A stretch of 57,712 nt of DNA, filler included, from Sphacelaria rigidula (lineage: Eukaryota): NCBI GenBank assembly GCA_964200075.2. It is 7 parts of 7 records of this genome, joined end to end, with 100 filler letters (N's around TTAATTAATTAA, not from the genome) between each part and the next. Parts side by side here need not be neighbours in the genome. Positions count along the whole stretch, not along the records: positions 1 to 8,160 come from CAXNAA020012086.1; positions 8,261 to 16,420 come from CAXNAA020012087.1; 5 more parts are not named here. One strand, given 5' to 3'. Positions within the stretch are counted from its first letter, which is position 1; each line of letters starts with the position of its first letter. Shown here piece after piece: positions 1 to 12,400 of this stretch. Made by a program: the position numbers and the translations under genes. The notes below the pieces were generated by a model. The model was not told where the DNA came from. It was given only the letters and a program-made list of their open reading frames with translations, and ran no database searches.

Positions 1-207
1 GGGGGTGGGTGGGTGGGGGGGGGGTGTGGGGGGGGGGGGGGTGGATGGTTTCCCACTTGGGAAAAAAAAAAAGAAAGAAAAAAAAGGGGGGGGGGGGGGG
101 GAGGGCAGGGGCACTCGTGCCCCGCGCGACTTTTCAACATTGTACGTCACACGAGGAGGGAGGGCCCACGTGGATTTACATGCACACACATGTATACATA
201 TATATAC

Positions 208-404
208 CTGAAACAGTCGGAGCCGTCCGGAACACTAGCAATACCAGTAACGTCGCAGTTTACAGAAGACATGTCGATCACGTCGACATTACGATCTGGC
301 AAGTCCAGATCCTCGAGCTGATAGATTGTGTCTCCCACTCCTATCACGACTGGGCCGCAAGTGGAGTTCAAGATTGAGTAAAATTCGCCATTCACTTCGG
401 CCAC
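208..404 (-). CDS. Internal exon of an unidentified protein (VAEVNGEFYSILNSTCGPVVIG...DCFR)
   Basis: On the minus strand: acceptor gcgcag|GTG at 404 and donor CAG|gtatat at 208. Open frame with protein-like composition. No family recognised. Confidence 0.55.
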
Positions 405-620
405 CTGCGCACGGGCGACACACGGATCACGGGACGGCATGGCGCGGCGACGGGCAGAAGCGAAAAATGAACACAAGATGAGAACAACAAAATTATGACT
501 ACAATATAAAGATGACAATAAGAATAAATAAATATACGTCTTTCAAAATACTGAAAACACAAATACATGGTTGAAACAAATAGAAAACATCGATGAGAAA
601 TACTGACAAAAAATCACCAA

Positions 621-1028
621 TGTGGAGACCACAGACGTACGAGCGTAATGAACGTTCAAATACACATCATGTGAGCCGGAGAAACAGTCTCAGGAACGAG
701 ATCCGCCAGTGACACACAAGAGCGGACCCGAAACGTTCAGACCTGTGGAACTGGATCTTGGCCAACCTAGGCAGACAGGGTCTACGGTACAAGAACCCGA
801 AAAAAACGGGGTCACCGCATGAACCCTGGTAGAACGTAGCCGGTACTACCGTACCACCTCGTTCACTTCTTCTCCTTCCTTACCATCGGTCACGGCCGCA
901 CCTTTGCCTAAATGACAAGAGAGAGAATTACGTATCGCTCTGGCGATCCTTCGGCAGCAGGGTACGACAACGTTCTTCTTCGGGACCCGAAACTCTACTG
1001 CCTCACCCCTAGCGAAGCCTAGTTCACA
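621..1028 (+). repeat. 5' LTR
   Basis: TG...CA termini. High similarity to 5596-5978. Carries an extra ~30-bp segment near 880-908. Confidence 0.93.
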
Positions 1029-1029
1029 G

Positions 1030-1098
1030 TGGCGTCAACGAAGAGATTTGAACCTACGCGTAGCAGAGCAATCAGCACACTGCCTTACCAATGGCGAC
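1030..1098 (+). other. Primer-binding site complementary to a type II (Ser-like) tRNA
   Basis: Reverse complement reads ...TGGTAAGGCAGTGTGCTGATTGCTCTGCTACGCGTAGGTTCAAATCTCTTCGTTGACGCCA: CCA end, G discriminator, TTCAAAT T-loop and a long variable arm. Confidence 0.75.
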
Positions 1099-2339
1099 AT
1101 CATTCGAGACAAAAGGAACCAAGAAACGCTTCAGCGAGTGAAACGGACGGGTCATGTGTACAGAGTTATTCGAGTTGAGAGGGTTGTAGGAGTCAGCAAA
1201 ACGTGAAATTACCCTCTAGTGTGCATTATATGTCACCAGCAGGGCTAGTCAAAGAGCGAAACCGCACTTATCAACCCACCTCCCACCACAAAAGTGCACG
1301 AGGCACGGCAGTCAATCAAGCATACCGACCTCTGGAAACGCGGTGGCTTGAAATCGCACCCACAAAATTTTACCCAATGTGCGAATACACTACCTTGTCA
1401 TAGTCCACCATTTTACAAGCGAAAGAATAGGTTGTATTGGACGGTCGTGCCGAGTCTCAGTTCATAAGTCGAGAGGACAGATAGATCATTTTTTCGCGTC
1501 TCAGAGCGTATGCACTGGAAAGAAGTACGAACCCCCTAGTAAAAGATATCGGAGAGAAGCGGGTTTTCTAGTCAGTACAGGAAGTCCTCCGGTGAGGCAC
1601 CAAAACAGCCCCCAGTTGTGACGTGAAAGTACAGACTAGGATAAAGCTACACTGAACAAGAGTAACACAGGTCGAAGAAAACAAGAGTGCGGTGTATAAA
1701 ATAACCAGCCTCCGTACTTGGACTCAGTTCCCCAGGAGCAGCCTTTATAACAGCCGTCGGAAAGCGTTACACCGGACACGGGTCCAAAACCGTTGAGACT
1801 CACATCATGTGGCATTTTGCGCAGTACCCCAAGTGATCGGTAACGTACATCCCATGTCGGCAACTGTTTAACCTGCTGCTAGAATGAACAATACCTTTTC
1901 AAGCAGTGGCTGTTGATTGCTATTCACAACTACTCATACTCCCTCTAAAAAATCATTCGGTCACATTCTAGTTAGATGTAGCAGCTGGATAAGAGCTGGA
2001 TAAGTCTGCATCTTCAACTGGAACAATTACCGCTCAACACCGGGGGAGATGATTTGCTTGTTATGAAATAGTCTCTTCAGTGGGATCGTGTGCGAAGTCT
2101 CACAAAGATATTAGGGAGTACATGATAGGGTCAAGCAGAAGCTCAGAGTGAGCAACACAAGTCGAAAAATGGTGCAGAGTAACAGCCTTCGTACTTGGGG
2201 AGTGTTCCGCAACTGGCTTTCATAGCTTAACCGTCATGTGCAATCACTGCAAACCACAAATCAAAATCTCGGACTCCAAAACTGTCAACACTTCGAAGCA
2301 TTCCTCTCTCCACATGCCATCGTTAGCGGGGTACCCGAA

Positions 2340-4780
2340 GGGATCTTTAACGATACACCTGGCTTCGGTGTGAGTCCAGGTATCGGCTAGAATAAAAGAT
2401 AGCACTGGGCAGGCTCTGACGAGAGATCCACTTCAGCTTTGCCCATCATCAGCCTAAAGTTCATCCGTTCGCACCGTACTCTGAGCACGGCGGACATCAA
2501 ACCAGTCCCAAGCAGATCTTTGGATCTTAGAAGCGCGGAAAAATCACTCATCAACAAGTAGTCAGTTTCATTCGTTTCGACCTCACGTTGGGAAAAAAAA
2601 AACTACCCGTTGAAGCATTTGTTGTACGAGTTCGAGATTTTGGCCTCGACCACATGCTGATGGATATTTAACTGACGGGAGCGTTTGGAGGTATTTTAGA
2701 CTGGGAAGCTGTGACATAATCGTTTCGAAATTCTAATGTCAGTATCATAACTGCACACAAAAAACGGAACGGGAAAATCAACTTTACACTCAGGGGGACA
2801 TGGCGCATGTTCCGTTGTTTTCAGAGTATAAACTGCGGCGCAACATGTCCCAATATTTCTCAGAAAGAATATGTTGTTCCTCCGCAAACTGAGATCGCTC
2901 TTCATGTCGACTCGGATAAACCTCCTGAAGTGACATTCACTGCGTTAATTGAGCCGCGCATAGTCACCGAACAGGACGTTGTTGAACATACCATCAGTTT
3001 CGAACGTCTGATCGTGGCACGCAATATGTACATGGTCAACGGTGAATAAGACGGCTATGGTTCAGGTAACCAATCCAACCAGCAGGCACGTTCGTATTGA
3101 GCGAAACACTCTGTTAGGATACATCACACTTGCGTCAGAGAGGGGTCCGAACAGTGAAAACGACACACACTAGCAGTGCAGTTGCTGAAATCAAGTCGCA
3201 GGAACAGAGAGACCAAAGTCCTCGATCTGTGTACTCAATACTGGACTTTGTTTTCGTTTTCACGGCAGGGGTTAGGATACTGAACGATAAGTGAAGCTAA
3301 ATGTCCACTCCAACCGGCTACAGAGCCAGTCGACAAACCGCCCTCCAGGGCCAGCCCAAGGGTACAAGAAGTCATCGAAAAGTGTGCATACGAAGCCAAA
3401 TCTTCAGCTGGTGTGCCTTGTAAATACGTGATTTCTGGGATGCATCATTCGACGCGGTATCTACATTTTATCACGATTCTTTGCAAGCTACATATTTTTC
3501 GCAGGAACAGAGAGGCCAAGTCCTGTGTACTACATACCGGACAGTCTTCGTTTTCACGACGAGAGTCCGGAGGCAACACGTTAAGCGACGCCAAATTTCC
3601 ACTCCAGCCGGGTACACCACGAGTTGACAGACCACCGTACCGGGCCAACCCAAGGGTATAAGAGGTCATCAACGAATGAGTACACGGAATGGAAAGAGAC
3701 GGTATCATCGAGGAAACTCGAGTTTTCGTAGACTATTATATCTACACTCGACAAAAGGTTTGGTCCGCAAGTTATAGCCGATGCTTCACATGGAAATTCA
3801 TTGACACGGTGGCGGGAGCAAAATACATTCCTGTCTTGCATGTGCAGTGGGCATTCCACCAAACCCCTACAGCAGAAGAAGAAAAGGTGATGACAGCCTT
3901 CGTCACGAGTAGAGGTAGATGGGTGTTCAGTCGCCTCCCACTCGGATTAGCGTCATTCCCATTTATTTTTCCGCGAGTAATAGCTCTCACTTTTTCACAC
4001 TTTGGACTGGAACGTGGCCGCCGGGTGTACATGGACGATTTACTTGCATGTTCTTCTTGGGAAAGCCACCTGACTCCACTTGAGGACATGTTCAAGGCGC
4101 TGCAAGCAGCAGGTCTCGTCCTGAAACCGGAAAAAGCACAGATGATTGTTGATAGAGATCTTACAACATTCGGTATTCCGGAAAAATGGACTCTGATCAC
4201 TCGAGGCAAAGAGCTTGAGAACCGGGTGATTGACCACCTACAGACACTGATGCAATCAGAGAGAACCCGCACGACTCCGTTCAGACCTCAAGGCAACTCA
4301 GTTTCAGAGCGGCTACACTAAAATTCACACGCTATGCTGGCGATGCGCAGTTCCGTCAAACACGACAACTGTGCAAACATGCATGCAAACGGCGTTCCCT
4401 TTTCCAAAGTATCGCCACTAGTATACAAAGTCAAGTTGGGCAACGACGCAAAACAAACATCGGCACACTTGGCTCACTGGAAAAGGTACGACCTACAGGA
4501 GAAAGCAACGGCGACCGATTTTGATCGACTCGCCGACTTTTTCTTAGAGAAAAGATTGTCTCTTCCAGAGGTTGACCGCCCAGATGTAGCAGCATAACCG
4601 CAAAAATCGAATGCTACACCATTGACAAAGTTGTGGGACATAAACCAAGCCCAGAGGGGAAAGTGACCTCAGCTATATATACCACCTCAGACTCAAAGGC
4701 TACGGTCCATCGGCTGACCTAGAGTATAATGCAGACGAGGTATCCCATAATCAGCATCTCATAGACGCGTACAGGATGAA
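2340..4780 (+). pseudogene. Gypsy pol remnant: protease, RT, integrase, chromodomain; many stops and frameshifts
   Basis: RT start LQPGTPRVDRPPYRANP..MERDGIIEE. RT core TAFVTSRGRWVFSRLPLGL...VYMDDLL. Integrase FGIPEK...RTTPFRPQGNSVSERLH. Chromodomain-like YTIDKVVGHK...YHLRLKGYGPSADLEY...LIDAY at ~4615-4775. The protease remnant (~2340-2710) is very degenerate. Confidence 0.9.
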
Positions 4781-5595
4781 GAAAAACTCGTTAGCGCGCC
4801 TCCACCAGACCCGCCGCCTCATAACACGAGGAAAATAAAACGGGTCAGTGAAACTGTTCAAGCGGAAACGAAGTTCACATGAAGAACAATGTCCGGAAAC
4901 GTGCACTTGCAGGGAAATTTCCCGCAACATGCAGACGCGTTCGGTATAAAATCAAGACAAAGGAGGATTGATGCCATGGTCACCGCGACCACGAGGACAT
5001 CAGCGGTGAAAAGAGACTCGACCCAAAGGTCTGAGCTCTTACCAGCAAAATAGGGATATTGCTGGCGAGGATAGCCGTGGACATTTTGTCATCTCGGAGT
5101 ATACTACTCCAGGCATACAAACAGCAGCCACCGTTCTCTTGTTGTCTCGATATTTGTCTTCCCCAGACGCAAGTATTACCATATCATGAGGTAATCATCG
5201 CAGGTTTGGCGTCCGAGCAAAACACGGGACGACAACCCATTCCAATTCGAAAGCACAATAGTTTCCACTAAATCGCCCATAAATCAGCATCATCTATGGG
5301 GGCATCAAAGTTTGTACTGATCACACAGATTTCACAGATGCCACGATCAGGTGACCAAGTCACCAACTGCCGACACAAGTATGCTGATTACATGAACCTG
5401 GATGCGAACGTCGATAAAAATTTACCGTCTTGTGTTTATTCAGCACGACAGTATAGAGGACATGACATATTCTCACACAGGCCAGTATCATGACACACAT
5501 ACAATGAGGAATCTACGTTGATATCATTTCCTTCATGAATGATCGCCTCAGTCCCTCGAATAGAGAGACTTAAGGCGCGTCAAAAGGAGGCGTGA

Positions 5596-5978
5596 TGTGG
5601 AGACCACAGACGTATGAGCGTAATGAACATCCGAATACACATCATGTAAGCCGGAGAAACAGTCTCAGAAACAGGGTCCACCAGTGACACACATGAGCGG
5701 ACCCGAAACGTCCAAACCTGTGAAACTGCATCTTGGCCAACCTAAGCAAACAGGGTCTGCGGTACAGGAGCCCGAAACAACGGGGCCACCGCATGAACCC
5801 TGGTAGAACGTAGCCGGTACTACCGTACGACCTCGTTCACTTCTTCTCCTTTCCTAAATGACAAGAGAGAAAATTACGCCTCGCTCTGGAGATCCTTCGG
5901 CAGCAGGGTACGACACCGTTCTTCTTCGGGACTCGTAACTCTACTTACTGCCTCATCCCTAGCGAAGCCTAGTTCACA
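5596..5978 (+). repeat. 3' LTR
   Basis: Follows the polypurine tract, matches 621-1028 and ends AGTTCACA. Confidence 0.93.
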
Positions 5979-6424
5979 TCAAAATTGCATGCGCGAGGAA
6001 CCCACGAGTCACGGCACGCAGCAGCAAACAAGAAGGTGTGTTCACCACTTGGTCGACTCTTGAATACAATTATCGGAAAATACATTACTTGGAACTAACG
6101 CTGCGGGCCCTTTTTATCGAAGGGGATTTTCCCCTTTCTGGAAAACGACCCCTGATTGGTCGCTGCGATATCACCCCCCCCCGACAAAAATCCCCCAAAC
6201 GAGCCCAATAACCCCTTTCTCGAGGGGATACTAGTAAATGCAATAACACTTCCTGAAATTGTGAAAAGGTGATTGATTCCTTGATATACACTTGTGGGAA
6301 TTTGTCCCTTTTATGTGGTAGTTCCCACATCACCCCTCCCCCCCCTTCATGAACCTCTCGGAGGATTTGTAGGAGAAACGTTTTACGCCGGCTAGCTGTT
6401 AGATCTTATATTTTGAATCACACA

Positions 6425-6604
6425 TCTTCTACATGTGTTGGGCCACCCAACCAACATCCACCGCAAGAGATTTCCCCTAAGTTTTGAACTCTGCTTCAGA
6501 GGTTCTTCATCATTTTTTGGCTCCTACAATTTTGATGGGATCTGGGGTTCGAACCCGGGACCTTCTGTTCGTGAAGCGTACGAAGCTATCTCACTGGTGT
6601 CGCC
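6425..6604 (-). mobile_element. tRNA(Val)-like SINE head or tRNA pseudogene
   Basis: Minus strand reads GCTTCACGAACAGAAGGTCCCGGGTTCGAACCCC: B-box plus a tRNA-Val-like anticodon/variable region, but the stems are broken. Downstream extent is uncertain. Confidence 0.45.
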
Positions 6605-8160
6605 AAATATGAAGAGGTTATTCCTTTACAGACATTTGTGGGTTTTTTTCCGTTTAATGTGGTATTTCCCACAAAAACTACGTTTGAGGCCGAATGTTAT
6701 GGCAACAGAGTTTTCAATATTCTGGGTGAAATAATCCGCGACCAAGTTTCGGGGCCCGCGTCCCACAGAGGTTTGGGCAAAGTGGCGGGGGTCGGCAAGC
6801 ACGGATATTTGCACACGGAGCTTTGCGTTTTGACCGGCAGACCGTCATAATGGGATCACGCCGCGTTCTTCTTCCATGTGCCGGCGGGCTGACTGCGCCA
6901 ATGTGAGTGATCCTGTCGACCACAACCAAAAACACACGAAGCAACCACACGCCGCACCCGACGCGCGATGGAGCCCGCTTCGTGCGTACGAAACAAAAAA
7001 CGGCACGCCTTGCTCATCGTTCTCCTGACAAAAAAGCACTGCAAAGACGTCAAGAGAGGAGACATGTGATGCGCACTGTCACTGTCTGGCGGGTGGTTCT
7101 GCCATCCTTCGACGAATGATTCAACTTTAGCAGCAACGAGGGGAGCATGGTCGCTTACTTACGTGCTCGAAATAACCGGCACTGGTCTTAGTGGGGTGGT
7201 GATGACCTCTCTGCGGCAATGACGCTGCATCACTACAGCACACCATAACACACGAGACACTTACGGGACTGTGAGCTGTTGAAACCCGCCACACATAGAA
7301 CTCGAAACCCTAGTGGAGGTATACAAATCAGAACAATATGGTATGAAAATCTGTGTGCTGCAAGATCGTTCCCGAACCTGACTTTGCCGCGGATTTATTT
7401 CACCAGGATTCAAAAATATGTAGGCCGAAAGTCCGTTGCCACAGCATCCGGCCTTCAAAGAGGATTTCCGGACACCTCGAAGGGGAACACACATGTCCGG
7501 TTGACAGGGGCCAGCGAACAAAAGCTTCACGATGCAACCCAGCACAATGAGAGCTAAACTTGAGGAACTTGGTGCCCCCGCAAACTAAAAGCACACAGCT
7601 CGAACCGTAGCCACTCGAATCTGTTCAGGACTCATTGAGAAACGATGGTTTGTGACAGACTCGCGGACCAAACACGCGCACAAACGGTCAGCAACGATAC
7701 GTTTGCGGTTCCGGTTGTTTCTGACACGCACGCGGCCGCCATTCGTCCAATACAGAACGCCTTCCCGTCAGACAAAGACTGCCTTGTGTAGAGATTAGCC
7801 GAGGCTAGCAGTGGAAACTAAGGCGCATGGGTGGTGGGTATCTGTGCGTGTTTTTTCGGGGCTCGGTGTGCAGGTGTTGTGTTGTATTACCTACTTGCGT
7901 CTTCTCTTTAATATTATAGATACCTTGGACAAAGGACCACTTCCAGACCCGCCGCATTTCGGAACCTGCTTGCAGACGTGGGGTTCGATGTGCACAAAAT
8001 TGCTCCTCGAGAGGACTTAGGACTGTGACGAAATTACGCCGTTACGTTGAGTTGGTAGTGATGATCTGGGCAATGACCGGGGGGGGGTGTACTCATGATC
8101 ATGCATGCCATAGTCATGAGACCATTGTCGCATCCCTACAAAGCCGTGACGGAGCACGCC

Positions 8161-8260
8161 NNNNNNNNNNNNNNNNNNNNNNNNNNNNNNNNNNNNNNNN
8201 NNNNTTAATTAATTAANNNNNNNNNNNNNNNNNNNNNNNNNNNNNNNNNNNNNNNNNNNN
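8161..8260. other. Artificial contig linker
   Basis: N44-TTAATTAATTAA-N44, giving stops in all six frames. Confidence 0.97.
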
Positions 8261-8429
8261 GGTTGTACAACAAGGCATGTCGTACTGTATGCGCACAGTG
8301 TCTGAGATGGCACGCAGACGAGACCTCCAGCGCGCCAAGGCGTCGCGCTGGTAAAAAACGTCAAAGTTCCGGCTGAGGTTATTCTAGTCTAAAAGCAAGT
8401 GAACCGGTTCTCGGCAGAAAAACGCGAAT

Positions 8430-9045
8430 ATACTGCTCAATTTGAAATTGTTTTCCATGAAAATTTGACACGGCATACATGGGGTATATGTGTAGCCCCT
8501 ACCGTTTGCCCCCTCTTTTTTGTTTTCCTCGTATGTTATTGGTGATCTAAATTTCGGAACAGTTTTTTTCTGAGCAAAAGCGTCGACAACTCATATAAAA
8601 GAATGTTAAGGGGGGACAATAGGGAGTTCAAAACATACCTCATGCGCATGGTGTCGAAATTTCGTGAAAAATACTTGGAACTCAACAGCATAACCGCGTT
8701 TCATTTTTTCGTGGCTGGTTTATCTCCACATAGGAACCAGTCTTGGACCCGAACACGCGATTTAACAGCTGAGTTTCAGGTCGTTTTCGATGAAATTTTG
8801 ACACGATGTACATGATGTATGTACGAAGACGCCACCTTTTACCCTCTACATTTTTCTTTTTCCCCGTGAGTTATCGGCGACCAAACATTTCAGAACAGTT
8901 TTTCGGAACAAAATCGTGAATAACTTCAAAAAAGAAAAGAAAATATATATGGGGGAAAAGGTGGCGTCTTGGCACATACATCCTGTACATCGTGTCAAAA
9001 TTTCACAGAAAACAACTTGAAACTCAGCTGTTGAATCGCGTGTTC
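8430..9045. mobile_element. Two tandem foldback/MITE-like units with long inverted arms
   Basis: 8751-8845 is a near-perfect reverse complement of ~8950-9045 (GAACACGCGATTTAACAGCTGAG...CTCAGCTGTTGAATCGCGTGTTC). A diverged copy lies at ~8430-8695. Confidence 0.75.
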
Positions 9046-9479
9046 ACAATCCCTGTCCGCGTCTTGGGCGGCCCAGCCTGTATAGCATGCCAGACATCAC
9101 ACCTGTCGGAGCTTCCCCCGCACGTTTTCACGTGGGGTTGGAAGTCAATGATCCATTGGGGCAAGTCTTGCATACCCTGGACAAGAGAAAACACGGTCAA
9201 AAATTGTACTGCGTACAGTATCGACTATTGGGCCTATTGCAGTAGACAATATATTCCATACTGTACGCAGTACGATTTTTGACAATGGAATGTGTTGTCC
9301 AGGGTGTGCAGTCTTGGCTATGGGGTGCGAGTCGGGGCAGGCGATTTCTTTCTTGGTTTCGGTTGGTACGGCGATGGACGATACTGTGAACCAGTCGTGA
9401 GCTCGTCCCCCTCCCATACACGCACACCCCTCTCCTCTCCCCGCTTGCGCGCCGATGTGTACATTGTGGCTCGCACCAA

Positions 9480-12400
9480 CGGACGGATATGATTGGCGTG
9501 CTGCGCGAGGGCGTAGTGAGCTGCAGCAGTTGTGTCCGGCAGTCCAAGAGGCCTTCGTGAACTGTGACAAGCAGCTGGCGCAGGAACCGATCATGATGGT
9601 ATCGAACGTGAACAACTCACAGGACGGCAGGCTGTATGAGGCGAGTCTGTGGTGTATCAGGGCACCGCGTCGCCTCGTCTAAGGATACGTCGTCGAGGGT
9701 TGTCGTGGTAGAGGCGGGTGGGAGCGGTGGCATCAAATTATCGCATAACTGGGTGAACTCGTAGCCAGTACTTCCTGCTCTCGACGTACAGTAGCACATC
9801 TCAGCGTATGAATACCCTCGGCGGGGTAACTACATTAGGTACGACAGCAGCCGCCGCCACCACTTGTTGCTCGTGTATCCTTTTAAACAACGTTTGCTTC
9901 TCTGTCTCTTTCTGTCTGTCTCTCGCTCCCCCGTACGTACAGGCTCGCGATGCGAGTGGGAGCACCGCGGTGGTGGCCGTAATTACACCGCAACACGTCA
10001 TCGTTGCCAACGCTGGCGATTCTCGAGCAATACTGATAATGGTTCCGTTGAGCGACCGTAACGGTGCAAGTAAGCGAGAGCCTCAAGCGATGTCGGGCAG
10101 AACGAATAACAGCAGTCTGACCGCGCTGTCTCGAGGTCAGAGCGATGGCGAGGAAAAGGACGAAATAGCGGCTGCCGTTGCTCAACGCTTTGCAGCGTCG
10201 CTAGGCTTGAATGTAAGTAATGATGATAACGGCGGACTGGACGAAAGGGGTGACCTGACGGACAGCCCAGGGGCTGCGGATGCCGCTGGACTCAACGACT
10301 CTGTACGGTTAGATGAGCTGGAGGAAGATGACAAGGAGGCTGTCGGTGGGATCGGTGATCTGGGCATTGACGATGCGGACGCCGCCAAGATAAGGAATCT
10401 GTTGGCTGCCATGATGTCCCGGGATTCTCCGGGCGACAGCCCTGCGGAAGATGCCGGGGAGGATAGCGAGGTGGCACGAAATGACGGGGGCTGCGGCGGC
10501 CACAAGGAGGGAAGAGGAAGCGGAATCGAAGTTTTGGCGCTAAGCAGGGATCACACGGCTGCTGACGAAAGGGAAAAAGAGCGCGTGGAGGCGGCGGGAG
10601 GGCGATCGTTTGAAGTATGCTACACCGAAAGTGATGGGACTGACGCCAAGGTAAGGGCCTGCTAAGTTGAAAATGACAGTGATACTTTGGACTAGGGTAG
10701 TGGCAGTCAGGAATGTACTTACCCGTGCCGTGTTTCCCCTTATCAGGTCGTATCCCTACCGAATGACCTCCATACCAAGTCTACCCTCTTATGGCTGCTG
10801 TACGCGTCCACGAGCGTTCTTTATTTACAATGAGAAAATACCGTATGTTGACCTCAAAGCGCTCGGTTGTGGCGTGAAAATAGATCCATAACAGTTCAGG
10901 GGTGTTCTTGTGAGCAGGGAGTGATGCTCATTAGAATAAATGCTGGCTTCGGAGTAATGATAAATAGCTCCCCGCTGGCACCCTCAGGCAAAATATAGGA
11001 GATGAAACACGCAAGACGGCATTGATCTGCAATTCACGTGCACACCATGCTAACGTACGAAGCGTCGGCTTTACAATGGTCCCTGATACATTCTGAGAAA
11101 TTGAACTCGGTTGCACGTCCAGTCGGGGCTTAGGTGTTTGAATAACTGTCACCCGCCTCTAGGCACCAAGGACGTCAACACAGGGCGAACTTGAATGATT
11201 TCAATACTGTTCCCCCAGAGCCCAATTGAAATGCGGGGCCCGCTGATGGCATGAAGCGGTGGAACCGTTTCACCACGCCACGGCCTAATTGAAAGCAGTC
11301 ACGCCTCGGCCGGCACATATTCATCCGCGTGGCGTGAAGGCACGTTCCTAAGCCGGTGACGTCGTACACACGGCTGCTGCGTGACCGTGGCATAAAAAAG
11401 GAGTAGGGGAGAGGCGCGAGCTGTTATTGCTCGTGTACCCAAAATGAGAGCACTCAATACGAGAAAGGAGGCGAAACGGGAAATCAGAGACATGGGTGCG
11501 TGCAATGTATCGCTACAGCACCCCACCCCAAAAGCACACCGAGACGTTTACACAAAGGTAGCACTAGTGAACAAAGAATTTCTACTTGTGAAAATCCGAA
11601 GAAATGGCCCGACATCGCTGTGCTGATCCGCCGGCATCTTTTCTCAGTACCGTACGACAGAATCGTTCGGGTGACGGAGAATATCCATCCGACGAACGCC
11701 CTCTCTAGTTCCGCTCGACAGTTTCCATGTGAGAAACTGTTAAGCATGGGTATGACGTCATCGAACACGGGGAGAAAAAACCCGCACAACGGGAAAAAGC
11801 GCACTCTAGTCTCGCCGTGCGCCGCGAAGGCACCAATTTGACGAAAAGTAAACATTCACCCCCAAGAATTTCTTCGCCAACACGTTACAACGCATCATCG
11901 GCAATTCGCGTTATATCGAATCTATCGACAATGCGATCCACGCATGCAGTTCGCAAGATCGACCATGTGCCGTACCACCAATCGTGCTTGAACCTACAAC
12001 CTGCATACCAGTCAGTTGCTTCACGTCCTTAAGTTTGGGCAGGGGACCTCCTTAACCTTCTCACAGTCCTCCTTCCTCCAAGGGATGAGGTTGCCCACGT
12101 GCTCAGGCGTCACCCCTAATTCCGCCCCCCCACCGGCCTGCACGTACACGGTTATGTCAAAACACTGCTAATGATCGCAATTCTTCGCGACCTGATGTTT
12201 CCCGACTTGGCATACCATCTCCTCCCTGCTTGTTTTCAACCATACAAGAATTTAGTGGCTATCACAAGTTTCGTGATTCGTCCAAGTGTACACACAACTG
12301 GTACATCTCCATGTTTTTAACCATAAATCGTGCCATCAGCAATCTATACGCTGAAGTTGTGGGACTGGGAGAAAGTGTAGTCCGTAGCCAGTCCTTGACG

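Larger units (their letters stand above)
621..5978 (+). mobile_element. Decayed Ty3/Gypsy LTR retrotransposon, chromovirus-like, internally deleted
   Basis: Direct LTRs at 621-1028 and 5596-5978, both TGTGG...TTCACA. PBS begins TGGCGTCAACG at 1030. PPT AAAAGGAGGCGTGA at 5582-5595. Flanks CCAA/TCAA fit a 4-bp TSD with one mismatch. RT, integrase and chromodomain remnants in Gypsy order. Confidence 0.93.

Noticed and set aside
1..110. Poly-G tracts (also ~36626-36657, 41560-41700 and 47636-47792) as G-quadruplexes or Gly/Pro-rich ORFs
   Set aside because: Mostly at a contig end or beside 10-N gaps. Typical of sequencing or assembly error in homopolymers.
8205..8216. TTAATTAATTAA recurring every ~8.26 kb as a periodic motif or piggyBac TTAA site
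   Set aside because: Embedded in fixed N runs, so it is an artificial linker.
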